Below are positions 19,390 through 29,538 of a DNA stretch of 64,000 bases, in pieces. Each line of letters starts with the position of its first letter. Positions within the stretch are counted from its first letter, which is position 1. The translations under genes were made by a program, and so were the position numbers. The stretch spans positions 32,001 through 96,000 of IMG/VR virus record IMGVR_UViG_3300048065_001187; one strand, given 5' to 3'. The notes under the pieces are model-generated. The model was not told the DNA's origin, did no database searches, and was given only the letters and a program-made list of their open reading frames with translations. Origin of the DNA: a virus.

Positions 19390-20494
19390 AACCATATTTT
19401 ACGGAGCCTTTGGTAGACATAACTTTGGGGATATGCTATTTCCATATATTTTAAAATCATTACTAAAAAGTAATTCAATAAATACAGACATAGAATATTG
19501 TGATATAACAGAAGCAGATATGAGGCGTGATGGTGGTCACAATGTAAAATCTATTACAGATTTTTTTGATTACGAATTAGAATTAAATTTGATTCAAGCA
19601 GGTGGTCATACTGCAAACGATTGTAATGCTCTGCAATATTTCCCCCAAGGCATAAAGAAGAAATATAGCCATTTATTGAATCAAAGAGGTATTTATCCTT
19701 CGTACATTTTAAGTAAAAAAGCATTCAATAAACCTAATATTTTTATAGCAAACGCAGTCGGAGGGTTTTCTGCTAGTGGCGCAAATAAATTAAAAGAGTA
19801 TAATTTTGTGAGTTTTAGAAATAAAGGTTCTTATAATAAATCATTAGATTTTGGGTTAGAATGTCAATTCGCACCCGATTGCGTAGTATTATTGAAGCGC
19901 TTTTACGATAAAACCATCTCTGGCAGAATCTCAACTTCAGAAGATATAAAAACATTAAATAGCTTATATGGTAAAGATTATATTGCAATACAAATTAGTA
20001 AAGGTTTACTAAACGGACGATCAGGCGAAATAATTCAAAATGTTAAAAACGTAATTGAAGAAACTGAGCTACCATTGGTTTTTTTCTGCGCTGGGATCGC
20101 GCCGGGGCACGATTCAATGAATCTATATAAGCAAAAATTTCAAAATATCTTACCAAACAATATGGTCTATTTTTTCGATGGGACAAATATTTGGGATACT
20201 TGCAATGTCATATCTAATGCTAAATTTGCTATAGGCACAAGTCTTCATGTTCGCATAGTTTCCACTGTATTTAATGTTCCACGAGTCACCTTGTATTCTG
20301 GTCATGCAGACAACAAAGCAAGAGAGTTTATTGAACAATGGGACACCGTAAGCCATTATAAAGACAACAAATCTTTAACAAAGTACATTCAAAAAGAACT
20401 TAAAGAACATGATTATGATGCTGATGCAAAACAATTAAAATTTTTAGAAAATGAATATTTAACAAAATCAACTTGGATAAATTTATTGAAATAA
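19382..20494 (+). CDS. Polysaccharide pyruvyltransferase family
   Basis: HNFGD, SFR, APD, GTSLH. Confidence 0.8.
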   Translation: MSKTIFYGAFGRHNFGDMLFPYILKSLLKSNSINTDIEYCDITEADMRRDGGHNVKSITDFFDYELELNLIQAGGHTANDCNALQYFPQGIKKKYSHLLNQRGIYPSYILSKKAFNKPNIFIANAVGGFSASGANKLKEYNFVSFRNKGSYNKSLDFGLECQFAPDCVVLLKRFYDKTISGRISTSEDIKTLNSLYGKDYIAIQISKGLLNGRSGEIIQNVKNVIEETELPLVFFCAGIAPGHDSMNLYKQKFQNILPNNMVYFFDGTNIWDTCNVISNAKFAIGTSLHVRIVSTVFNVPRVTLYSGHADNKAREFIEQWDTVSHYKDNKSLTKYIQKELKEHDYDADAKQLKFLENEYLTKSTWINLLK

Positions 20495-20495
20495 C

Positions 20496-21350
20496 ATGCA
20501 CATTATATTAGGAAAAAACGGATACATAGCAGAAGCTATAATAAAAGAATTAAAGTCACGCGATTTACCTTATGTCGCATGGAGTAGGAGTGATGTAGAT
20601 TACACAAATCTTGCAGAACTCAAATATAATCTTTATATTTTAGGAGATGACTTGCATATTATAAATTGTGCAGGGTATATCGGCAAGCCAAATGTTGACG
20701 CTTGTGAATTAGCAAAAGCCGATTGTATAGAAGGTAATGTTTTGCTTCCTGCGATGTTAGCTCAATTGTGCCACGAAAAGGGATATAATTTTACGCAGAT
20801 ATCTTCGGGCTGTATCTATGGTGGATACGAAAAAGATTTCACCGAACAAGATGCCCCTAATTTTGACTTTCAAAATGGTAGTTTTTATAGCGGGACGAAA
20901 GCTCTTGCAGAAAAAGTTGTCTTACAAAATAATCCAAATAGTTATATTTTTAGACTGCGGATTCCATTTGATGAATATGCATCTCCAAGAAATTACTTAA
21001 CCAAATTATTATCTTACGATACTTTGTTGGATGCAAAAAATTCTTTATCTCATCGTGCTGACTTCGCTAAATATACAATAGATCTTATTGAGCAAAAAGT
21101 ACCTCATGGAATTTACAATATTACAAATAAAGGTAGCGTCACAACAAAAGATGTTGTAGATTTAATTAAAAAACATAATTTATCAGATAAATATTTTAAG
21201 TTTTTTGATGACTCAGAATCTTTCGCCAAAGCGACAGTCGCCCCAAGATCAAATTGCGTATTAGACACATCTAAAATAGAACAATATATAAAAATAAGGA
21301 CTGTAAGTGAAGCTTTAATAGATTCTATTAAGAATTATCGATATGAATAA
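20496..21350 (+). CDS. NDP-4-keto-6-deoxyglucose epimerase/reductase (RmlD/NRS-ER-like)
   Basis: GKNGYI, NCAGYIGKPNVDACE, SSGCIY, SFYSGTK, RLRIPF, PRSNCVLD. Confidence 0.85.
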   Translation: MHIILGKNGYIAEAIIKELKSRDLPYVAWSRSDVDYTNLAELKYNLYILGDDLHIINCAGYIGKPNVDACELAKADCIEGNVLLPAMLAQLCHEKGYNFTQISSGCIYGGYEKDFTEQDAPNFDFQNGSFYSGTKALAEKVVLQNNPNSYIFRLRIPFDEYASPRNYLTKLLSYDTLLDAKNSLSHRADFAKYTIDLIEQKVPHGIYNITNKGSVTTKDVVDLIKKHNLSDKYFKFFDDSESFAKATVAPRSNCVLDTSKIEQYIKIRTVSEALIDSIKNYRYE

Positions 21351-22053
21351 ATATAAGATTTTAATAAGTTTTGTTTATTTTGAAAAAGATAATACAAAAA
21401 AAAATTTACAGTTCTTTTTAAAACATGGCCTTAAAAAGAATCACCACCTCTTAATTAACTGCAAATCAAATAATTTCTCGATAGATACTTCTGCCTACGA
21501 TAATGTAAAAGTAATAATGTCTAATGAAAACTTAGGTTTTTGCATGAAAGGGCATCTTGATAACCTGAGCACAATAAGCTCATTCAATGATTTTGATTAT
21601 TTTATCATCATGAATGATAGTGTAAAAGGTCCATACTTCAGGGGGCTAGATTGGGAAGATCCATTTATCTCTAAAATAAATCAAGGCTTTGATATGTGTG
21701 GGACCATAAATAATCACGGGTATTTTAATTTTCTGACTCCAGCTCATGTAAAAAAATTTTATGATTTCATAAAAGACAAGCCTGCAATTAGTTATAAAGA
21801 TGCGGTTGATATCGAATTTGGCTTTCACCCTTTAGGCAAGAGAACTAACTTAACCAATATAAAATGGTGGGATAGACCTCATTCTCCATGGGATGTTATT
21901 TTTGTGAAGCAAAATAGAATAGGTTTTTTTCAAGGAGACGAAAACGAATGGACAGCTACAGACATTAGTTATATAACTGAAGAGGTTTTAGATAAATGCG
22001 ACAAAGAAATGGATTTAATATATGAAAAAAATAGGCAGTCCAGAAATATTTGA
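21343..22053 (+). CDS. Hypothetical glycosyltransferase-like protein
   Basis: ENLG, FDYFIIMNDSVKGP (RgpF-like), IFVK; context. Confidence 0.5.
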   Translation: MNKYKILISFVYFEKDNTKKNLQFFLKHGLKKNHHLLINCKSNNFSIDTSAYDNVKVIMSNENLGFCMKGHLDNLSTISSFNDFDYFIIMNDSVKGPYFRGLDWEDPFISKINQGFDMCGTINNHGYFNFLTPAHVKKFYDFIKDKPAISYKDAVDIEFGFHPLGKRTNLTNIKWWDRPHSPWDVIFVKQNRIGFFQGDENEWTATDISYITEEVLDKCDKEMDLIYEKNRQSRNI

Positions 22054-22939
22054 TAATGATTCAGAATGCCCCGAAACTTCATGGGGTCAAAAGTTTAGAA
22101 ACACTAGATTAGTTTTTAGGAAAAAAGATGGTAAACTTGAATTCCACACTTATGGTGGTGATCACAGACCTCGTACTTTTATTTCTCAAATTAAGCGGGC
22201 AGATCAAGATGTTATATTTAATGATTTTGATTATAAAAGATTATATACAACAGATAACAATCCTGGGCATGATATGGTTGAATCCAGTCCAGAGCCTGTT
22301 TTTTCGCAGTGCTACATCGATCCAGAGTCAGAGTGCTATCCAGATACATTTAAAATGGAACAGTATCATAAAGATTTAATTTGCTGTCCTGATTTTAATT
22401 TTTCCACTTGGCTAAATTTCAATCACGCTCAAATGTATGACGACCTTTTAGATTTGGAGTTAAATGATAATCCGATACCCAAAATCTGCTGGAGAGGCGC
22501 GGCAAGAATAGATAGTAGAAAAAATCTTTGTGAATTGACTAAAAAATATCCAGAGCATATTGACGCATATCATGTCGGCGGTCAAAATCAAGATCACAGA
22601 ATGAGCCTATTTGATACTTTTAAAAACTATAAGTATGTAATTGATACTCAAGCTTTTGGTTTTAGTGGCAGATTAAAATATTTATTATTAAGTGGCAGGT
22701 TATTATTCCTGCAATGTCATTACCATAAATGCTTTTTCGAAAAGAGTCTTGAGCCATGGATTCATTATATCCCAGTGAAGCATGATTTTTGTGACATTAT
22801 TGACAAAATAAAATGGGCACAATCCAATGAACAAAAGTGTAAACAAATTATAGAAAATACCCTGAAATTCTCTCGCTCAACCTTTTCAATACCGAACATT
22901 AATAAAATCTGGAAAAATCTGTTAAATAATGAAAATTAA
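22022..22939 (+). CDS. GT90 (CAP10/POGLUT-like) glycosyltransferase
   Basis: PDF, WRG, YKYVID, FSGRLKYLL, PWIHYIPV. Confidence 0.8.
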   Translation: MKKIGSPEIFDNDSECPETSWGQKFRNTRLVFRKKDGKLEFHTYGGDHRPRTFISQIKRADQDVIFNDFDYKRLYTTDNNPGHDMVESSPEPVFSQCYIDPESECYPDTFKMEQYHKDLICCPDFNFSTWLNFNHAQMYDDLLDLELNDNPIPKICWRGAARIDSRKNLCELTKKYPEHIDAYHVGGQNQDHRMSLFDTFKNYKYVIDTQAFGFSGRLKYLLLSGRLLFLQCHYHKCFFEKSLEPWIHYIPVKHDFCDIIDKIKWAQSNEQKCKQIIENTLKFSRSTFSIPNINKIWKNLLNNEN

Positions 22940-23921
22940 TATTATAGGATGCGGGCTTGCTGGAGTCACTTCTGCAATTTTGCTGAAAGAACAAGGGCAT
23001 GATGTGGAAATTTTTGAAATGCGCGATCATATCGCAGGTAACTGTTTTGACATAAAGCAAGATGGAGTTACCGTTCATATGTACGGTGCTCATATTTTTC
23101 ACACGCCAGATAAAGAAGTGTGGGATTTTGTAAATAGATATTCTAAATTCAATGATTATGAGCATAAAGTTCGCGCGAATACAAAATATGGATTAATATC
23201 AATTCCTTATAATAAAAAGACTGCCGAACAAATAGGTAGAGATTTAAATCCTAAAGAAATTCAAGAACTTATTTTTAAAGAATATTCGGAAAGACATTGG
23301 GGAATTCCATGGGAAGAACTTCCAAAATCTATATCAGGAAGAGTTCCCAATAAAAGAGATAATTATGACGAGCGTTATTTTGCCGAAGACTATCAAGGAA
23401 TACCAGTAAACGGTTATACCGAAATGTTTAAGAGCATGCTTGATGGAATCAAAGTAAACCTCGGAGTGTCCAAAAAAGATTATAAAAAGCTTAAATGCGA
23501 TAAAATGATTTACACTGGTAAGCCAGATGAGTTTTTCGATTTTTCTTTTGGTAAATTACCATATAGATCTTTACGATTCGAACACTTTCGTGGCGAAAGA
23601 AATGATGATTTTTCTTTTGAAAAGGGCAGTGTCATAAATGAATGTAATGATAAGAAATTTAATCGCACTGGAGATAATGCAATTTTCTTGAATGAAACTG
23701 ACTTAGATCATACAATATATACACGCGATTATCCAGAAGAACATGATGAAACTAATGATCCAATATACCCCAAGAACTTTGGCGAAGGACAGGCTACATA
23801 TGACAAATACAAACAAGCAATTTTGTCAGAAAATAACGTTATTTTTCTTGGCAGGCTTGCAAGTTATAAATATTTAGACATGTGGATGGCAATCAAGCAA
23901 GTCATGACTAAATTAAAATGA
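22929..23921 (+). CDS. glf: UDP-galactopyranose mutase
   Basis: GCGLAG, HMYGAHIFHT, YQGIP, LPYRSL, GRLASYKYLDM. Confidence 0.95.
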   Translation: MKINIIGCGLAGVTSAILLKEQGHDVEIFEMRDHIAGNCFDIKQDGVTVHMYGAHIFHTPDKEVWDFVNRYSKFNDYEHKVRANTKYGLISIPYNKKTAEQIGRDLNPKEIQELIFKEYSERHWGIPWEELPKSISGRVPNKRDNYDERYFAEDYQGIPVNGYTEMFKSMLDGIKVNLGVSKKDYKKLKCDKMIYTGKPDEFFDFSFGKLPYRSLRFEHFRGERNDDFSFEKGSVINECNDKKFNRTGDNAIFLNETDLDHTIYTRDYPEEHDETNDPIYPKNFGEGQATYDKYKQAILSENNVIFLGRLASYKYLDMWMAIKQVMTKLK

Positions 23922-24544
23922 AATATGATTTAATACATGCAACAAAAACTGGAGGAAGTGCCCTTTATAGTTTTTTGCTCAAAAATTATTCTGAATATTT
24001 CACTATACAAATAAAACATTCAGCCAAAAGAAAACCACATTCTTTTTTATGCGGGGATTCAGAGAATCCTATAATCATTTTTCGAGATCCTATAGACAGA
24101 TTTAATTCGATGTTTTCTTACTGGAAATATGGATCGTCAACATGGAGACGCTCTCGTCTTTTTCTAAAAGAAACTAAAAATATAGGTGTTAATAATTTTG
24201 TTTCTTTGATACGCAATAATCGCATTGATATCTTAGACAGAGCTTTTACTTGGGATGCTCATTATTCTACACAGTCTAGATGGCTTACTGGTGATTATCA
24301 AAACATTATTATCATTAACTATCAAAATGACTTACAATCTTCACTTGTTAGTCTTTTAGGCTTTTTGCAAATTCCAGACAAAGGGGTTCACCTTAAAAAA
24401 GTTAATGCCAGTAAAAAACGGCAAAATTATTTCGAAGATCTGAATCAGGAATCATTGGATTGGTTTTATGAATATTATAAGGAGGATTTTGAAATACAGC
24501 AAAAGATCTCATCAACACCAGAAATTTTTAAAAAAGTAATATGA
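23918..24544 (+). CDS. Sulfotransferase family 2
   Basis: HATKTGGS and RDPIDRFNS. Confidence 0.8.
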   Translation: MKYDLIHATKTGGSALYSFLLKNYSEYFTIQIKHSAKRKPHSFLCGDSENPIIIFRDPIDRFNSMFSYWKYGSSTWRRSRLFLKETKNIGVNNFVSLIRNNRIDILDRAFTWDAHYSTQSRWLTGDYQNIIIINYQNDLQSSLVSLLGFLQIPDKGVHLKKVNASKKRQNYFEDLNQESLDWFYEYYKEDFEIQQKISSTPEIFKKVI

Positions 24545-25293
24545 CAAAACCTAAGGTAGCATTTTTAATTCGAGGTCATATCAGAAATTCTTTAGAAGAT
24601 AGTAAACTTAATAATTTTTTACTATCGTGCCAGGATATTATTGATTTTGATTTATACATTCAAACATGGAATGAAAAAGAAGCCTCCAAGTCTTGGAGAG
24701 ACTCAAAAATTGAAAAACTCTCAGTTAATGATAGGCAAGTTCTTTCGTATTTTGATAATTCACTTAAGTCTAAAATTAAAAACCTATTAGTTCTGGACGA
24801 TTCTAAACTAGAATTACATGGAAATTTAGAAGGTAAAATCGGAAAAAGCCAATGCCCAACTATCGGATGGAAGTATATGTGGTCAGGAATGTACCAAAAT
24901 ATTTCACAAGTTTCAGGTGATTATGATTTTGCAATTAACACCAGACTTGACATCTTGAATGATCATCTGGATAATTTTTGCCGAAGACCAAGGCACAAAA
25001 AATGGCGTACGCCATTAAGTCATCTAGATTTCATAAAGAATATGGTCTTTCTGAAAAACGAAGGCGTTTTAAATTCAACTTACTCGCTTTATGAAAAGCT
25101 TGGTTGTGATAACTTTTTTTGCTCACCCCTTAGTGACATGAAATTTATCATCAAAAGTTTTCACTTTAATCTCGATCAAATTTTGAATCAATGGACGGCT
25201 TCCAATTTTCACTTAAATAATCAAGAGGCTTGCTTTAAATTTTTCTGTCAGAACAATAAAGGTTTTGAATTTACATTCAAGAAAGCTCTATGA
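24541..25293 (+). CDS. Hypothetical glycosyltransferase-like protein
   Basis: AFLIRGHIR, QTW, YDFAINTRLD, DNFF; context. Confidence 0.45.
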   Translation: MTKPKVAFLIRGHIRNSLEDSKLNNFLLSCQDIIDFDLYIQTWNEKEASKSWRDSKIEKLSVNDRQVLSYFDNSLKSKIKNLLVLDDSKLELHGNLEGKIGKSQCPTIGWKYMWSGMYQNISQVSGDYDFAINTRLDILNDHLDNFCRRPRHKKWRTPLSHLDFIKNMVFLKNEGVLNSTYSLYEKLGCDNFFCSPLSDMKFIIKSFHFNLDQILNQWTASNFHLNNQEACFKFFCQNNKGFEFTFKKAL

Positions 25294-25928
25294 TCTCTCA
25301 TAAACATAAATGCATATTCCTGCATATCCCTAAAGCCGCTGGAACCTCTGTTGAAAGATTTTTACGGGATGTTGACTCAGATATACCAGCAAAGGTTTTA
25401 AGGAAGCGAGGCTTCTCACATTTTTTAAATGATCATTTAGATTATTATGTATTTTCATTTGTTCGCAACCCATATGATCGCTTTGTTTCTGCATGGAAAT
25501 GGGGAGAGTTACAGTATCGAGCGCATCCAGATATAAAATTTTATCAAAAAAAGAGGCCTGTATCTTTTGAGGAGTATATTCAGCTAACTGTAGATGATGA
25601 GTACAGGATGTTTAATAAAGATCTTTGGAGCGAATACGATGAGTATCATACATTGCCTCAATTTGAGTTTTTTCCTCACTTAAATGGAGGCCACTATTTT
25701 ACAGATAAAATTAACTCTGATTTTACTTGTAATTTTATTGGTAGGTTTGAAAACTTGCACGAAGATTTCAATAAAGTCTGCACTAATATAGGCATAAAAC
25801 AATTAAAACTGCCACACGCATACAATTCAAAAAACTTTAAAGAAGAATTCAAATGGAGCGATCCATTAAAGGACAAAGTGTACAGCTATTATAAAAAAGA
25901 TTTCGAGTTTTTTGGTTATGAAATATAA
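25290..25928 (+). CDS. Sulfotransferase family 2
   Basis: HIPKAAGTS, VRNPYDRFVS, FIGRFENL. Confidence 0.85.
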   Translation: MISHKHKCIFLHIPKAAGTSVERFLRDVDSDIPAKVLRKRGFSHFLNDHLDYYVFSFVRNPYDRFVSAWKWGELQYRAHPDIKFYQKKRPVSFEEYIQLTVDDEYRMFNKDLWSEYDEYHTLPQFEFFPHLNGGHYFTDKINSDFTCNFIGRFENLHEDFNKVCTNIGIKQLKLPHAYNSKNFKEEFKWSDPLKDKVYSYYKKDFEFFGYEI

Positions 25929-26583
25929 AACATACATTTTTTCACTCTTAACTGAAGATAGATTGCGATATGTCAACAAAACAACCAAACTTTTTCCTTT
26001 TGTTAATATTGTAAAATCGGTTAATGGCTATGATAAAAATGAGACCATTAATGAATTTATCGATCTGGATCTTAAATTTCATAAACTAAAGATTGGTCCC
26101 AAAAACGATTTCAATACTTATGGCACACTTGCCTGCTGGATAACTAAAGTTAAATTTTTAAAATTTCAAATAGAGAATAATATTCCTTATGCCCTCTTCC
26201 TTGAAGATGACGCTAAGCTTCTTCCCGGTTTTTTTGATTCTTTAAATGATATAATGCGAGATAAGTGGGGTTTACTCGATCATGATATTAACATAGTAAG
26301 GCTTTTTCAATGGGGAGAGGGATATATCACATCTCTTTCAAGCGCAAAAAGACTTCTCTCTATTATAAAAGACACTGGTGTTGTTGATAATATAGATAAT
26401 CAATTAAGAGAAAGGTCGGGTCCTGAACTTAAGCTTAGCTTCAATAACTTTTATAGTAAATGGGTGAAAACAAATGAAGGTGACATACTAAAGTGCGATC
26501 ATTTAGATGATTACTTTTACAATAGCATTAAAAAAAACGTGGTTACTCGAAAAATTATTAATAGTTATAAAAAAAACTTATGA
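25918..26583 (+). CDS. GT25-like glycosyltransferase
   Basis: GTLAC, FLEDDA, GYITSLSSAKRLL, NID. ATG start at 25918. Confidence 0.65.
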   Translation: MKYKTYIFSLLTEDRLRYVNKTTKLFPFVNIVKSVNGYDKNETINEFIDLDLKFHKLKIGPKNDFNTYGTLACWITKVKFLKFQIENNIPYALFLEDDAKLLPGFFDSLNDIMRDKWGLLDHDINIVRLFQWGEGYITSLSSAKRLLSIIKDTGVVDNIDNQLRERSGPELKLSFNNFYSKWVKTNEGDILKCDHLDDYFYNSIKKNVVTRKIINSYKKNL

Positions 26584-27326
26584 ATCTTAAAATTATATCA
26601 TTCTGCAATTATCCCTACAGAGAAATAGCACTCAACTGGGTAAAACATTTAGAAGATTTATCCATAGACAACTATGAGGTTTTATGTTTGGATTCTGAGT
26701 CTGATGAATATTTAAAATCTCATGGCTGCCACTCGAGAGTTCTCGATGAATTTAATGATGACTGGATTTCTGGATGCAAGCATACAATGCGTAGGACTTT
26801 TATTTTTAAAAAATACCTCAAAGAAGGTTACGACATTATTCATTCGGATACTGACGCTCTTTGGTTCAAAAATCCAATACCTGACTTAATAGAAGCAAAC
26901 AATCAAGATATTATTGTTTCTACTGTTCGTCATAGTTACGCTTTTCCACCTGAAGTTCGCGAAGTTTTTGGTTTTACATGTTGCATGGGATGGATATTCT
27001 TTAGAAGTAATCAGAATACAATAAACTATTTGGATAAATTTTTAAATACCCGCGAAATCAAAGGCTCAGATCAACAAAATTTTAATAGATTTTTATTACA
27101 GAATCAACCTAATATCAGCCCTCATGATCTTGGAGATGAATTAACTCTTGATAATGTAGCTGATGAAAATTATAATTACCAAGAACTATCTTTATTAGCA
27201 TTAAGCAAGTCACTTATTAAAAGAGGTCCAGCTGAAGAATCGACTTACGTCTGGCACCCTAATACAAGAAAAGAGGCCCAGCACAAAAAGCAATCATTTA
27301 TGGACAGAAAAGCATGGAAAATTTAA
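26580..27326 (+). CDS. Nucleotide-diphospho-sugar transferase (GT77-like)
   Basis: LNWV, SDTDALWFKNP, CMG, SDQ..FN, HPN. Confidence 0.75.
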   Translation: MNLKIISFCNYPYREIALNWVKHLEDLSIDNYEVLCLDSESDEYLKSHGCHSRVLDEFNDDWISGCKHTMRRTFIFKKYLKEGYDIIHSDTDALWFKNPIPDLIEANNQDIIVSTVRHSYAFPPEVREVFGFTCCMGWIFFRSNQNTINYLDKFLNTREIKGSDQQNFNRFLLQNQPNISPHDLGDELTLDNVADENYNYQELSLLALSKSLIKRGPAEESTYVWHPNTRKEAQHKKQSFMDRKAWKI

Positions 27327-27787
27327 TCCAACATCTCTCTGGACCAAATCAAACATTGGTAGGTTTTATAAAATTACCCTCTGGAGCTGTAGCCTCTTCT
27401 CCGAGCAAATGGTTGAGTGACCGTTGGTTTTTGAATGAAATCAACTTCGGGGCCGATAAAATATGTGTTGAGATTACCCCATTTAAAAACAGTAAAGATT
27501 CAAATGTTTTTGTTGGAGAAAAATACCTAAATCATAAAGTTTATAAGAGAATGGATGAAGCCCCGAAAGATATTGATTTTTTTTCTATTATTGATTCTGA
27601 TAATGCTTTTGAAGTTTTGCAATCCATCGACTTCCTGAAATATTCCATAAAGCATTTCTGTATTGCAATTGCCCCTCTTAAAAAAAAGGACTTCAAGCAA
27701 AACAGGAGTGAAATACGAGAATTTATGAAAGACAAAGCGGTTTTTATAAAACAAAATAGAACTGAGCTTTTATATAGTGTAATATAA
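27314..27787 (+). CDS. Hypothetical protein, possibly degenerate FkbM-like methyltransferase
   Basis: IDFFSII and EVLQSIDFLKY resemble the FkbM C-terminal part; SAM motif not evident. Confidence 0.35.
   Translation: MENLIQHLSGPNQTLVGFIKLPSGAVASSPSKWLSDRWFLNEINFGADKICVEITPFKNSKDSNVFVGEKYLNHKVYKRMDEAPKDIDFFSIIDSDNAFEVLQSIDFLKYSIKHFCIAIAPLKKKDFKQNRSEIREFMKDKAVFIKQNRTELLYSVI
27777..27781 (+). promoter_or_regulatory. GTGTA promoter-like motif
   Basis: GTGTAATATAAT, 16 nt before ATG 27793. Confidence 0.65.
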
Positions 27788-27792
27788 TTGTT

Positions 27793-29538
27793 ATGGAAAA
27801 CATAGAGATAAAAACAGGAGCTAACCTAAGTCGATTGCTTCAATCAACAGTTAACATCCCTCAAGCTTTCACCGAATTAGTAAAAAATTCCCTACAAAAT
27901 TTTGCAACATCTTGCTCAATTGAGCTAAAACATCCTTTTTATGGTGATGAATTATGCCAAGCTGTAATTACTGATAATGGTCAAGGCTTTGATCATGAAA
28001 AAGATGAAAACGGAATGAATGCTTTTGATAAATATTTTGTTTTTGGAAATTCTTATGACACCACAAATGGTCAGGGATTACGTTTGGGCCAGATGGGAAT
28101 CGGCGGCAAACTTGCAAATGACAAGCTTTCTAATGAAGTTGATATTCATTGGGTAATCGAAACAAAAAATACTCACGGTAAATGTTTTTTAGTCGAATAT
28201 AAACCATCTGGGGTTTCATTCTTAAATGAATATTCCCCATCCATTAAAGAGCTTACTGCGGATGAATCGTCAATTAAGACGCGAACTGGAACAAAAATTA
28301 CAATAGTTTCCACTAAACGAAAAATACAAATTAATAGTTGGAACAAAACAATTATTAAAAATGAATTGCGCACTTTTTTTGGCCACCTGATTCCACAATT
28401 AGAAAAAGAAGGTAAAAAATTTTCCTTGATACTAAATGGCGAAAGCTTGGAATTTATATATAAACTTCCTGGCTCAAACATTCCTGTAATCAACCGTGAA
28501 TTTGAATATGATTATTATGGCGAAAAGAAAAAAGCTAACATTGAATTAAGGCTTTCCTTAATTTACAATCGGAGTTTATTAAAAAATCACCCACTTAAAA
28601 ATATTGATATTATTTCAAAAGTTAAGGTTTGTCCTTTTTATTTATCCGATCAAGACTTGGTTGATGAAGCAATAGATTGGATCGAATCTAAAGACAAAGA
28701 AGAATTTCAGCATAAAGACAAAATACAAAACATTTTCAATAAGCTTGTGGGGTTTATTTCCTGTGATGCACTCTCGACAGTTTTAGATGATACCGGTATG
28801 CCAGCCAAGGATTTATCTCACCACGGGCTAAGAGATGACCATCCAATAACAAAACCATTTTTCACAAAATGCTATCGAGTAATTATTGAATGGATTATTG
28901 AATATATAAAACTAAATCAAGAAGAAAAGATGAATATTCTTGATGCCCTCGCTAATGAAGTATCCAGCATGCTTGCTGAATATTTCGACGATGAAGACTT
29001 TTCTGATCTCTGGGAAGACGAAGAGGGAGAAGAGGAAGACGAAGAAGAATTAACCGAAGAAGAAGAAAAAGAAGAAGAAGAAAAAGAAGAACTAAAAAGA
29101 TTGGCTAACATTGTGAGCAGAAGGGAATTTGACTTTCAGCCAGAAGAACAAGAGGAAGAGGAAGAGGAGGAAGAAGAGGAGCCCGAACCTGAGAACAACA
29201 TACCTCCGTTATGGAATCGATTCAAAAACAAAAAACTTAAAAAGACAAAACGCATTCGATATGTTATCATTGATTTCGGAGAAGAAGAAAGAAATTTAAT
29301 GTCAAGAGTTGATGATAATGAGCATTTTACTATTTTAATTAATGAAGGAAATCCCAAGTTTTCAAGATTGAAAGAAGAGAATTCTCCATTTTTGTTAGCG
29401 CTTCATATCTCTGAGCTTCTTATTAGAGAAATTACTGTATATAAAAACCCCCTAGCATCACCTGCTGATTTAGACGAAGGAATAAGTAATTTTTACAACG
29501 ATAAGTATTCTCAGATTAAAAATAAAAGTGAATTCTAA
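27793..29538 (+). CDS. GHKL (HATPase_c/MORC-like) ATPase with long acidic tract
   Basis: ELVKNS, DNGQG, GQMGIGG, GTKITI boxes; Glu-rich region at about 28980-29190. Confidence 0.8.
   Translation: MENIEIKTGANLSRLLQSTVNIPQAFTELVKNSLQNFATSCSIELKHPFYGDELCQAVITDNGQGFDHEKDENGMNAFDKYFVFGNSYDTTNGQGLRLGQMGIGGKLANDKLSNEVDIHWVIETKNTHGKCFLVEYKPSGVSFLNEYSPSIKELTADESSIKTRTGTKITIVSTKRKIQINSWNKTIIKNELRTFFGHLIPQLEKEGKKFSLILNGESLEFIYKLPGSNIPVINREFEYDYYGEKKKANIELRLSLIYNRSLLKNHPLKNIDIISKVKVCPFYLSDQDLVDEAIDWIESKDKEEFQHKDKIQNIFNKLVGFISCDALSTVLDDTGMPAKDLSHHGLRDDHPITKPFFTKCYRVIIEWIIEYIKLNQEEKMNILDALANEVSSMLAEYFDDEDFSDLWEDEEGEEEDEEELTEEEEKEEEEKEELKRLANIVSRREFDFQPEEQEEEEEEEEEEPEPENNIPPLWNRFKNKKLKKTKRIRYVIIDFGEEERNLMSRVDDNEHFTILINEGNPKFSRLKEENSPFLLALHISELLIREITVYKNPLASPADLDEGISNFYNDKYSQIKNKSEF
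28981..29190 (+). repeat. GAA/GAG-rich low-complexity tract encoding poly-Glu
   Basis: Two runs of GAA/GAG codons separated by LKRLANIVSRREFDF. Confidence 0.8.
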
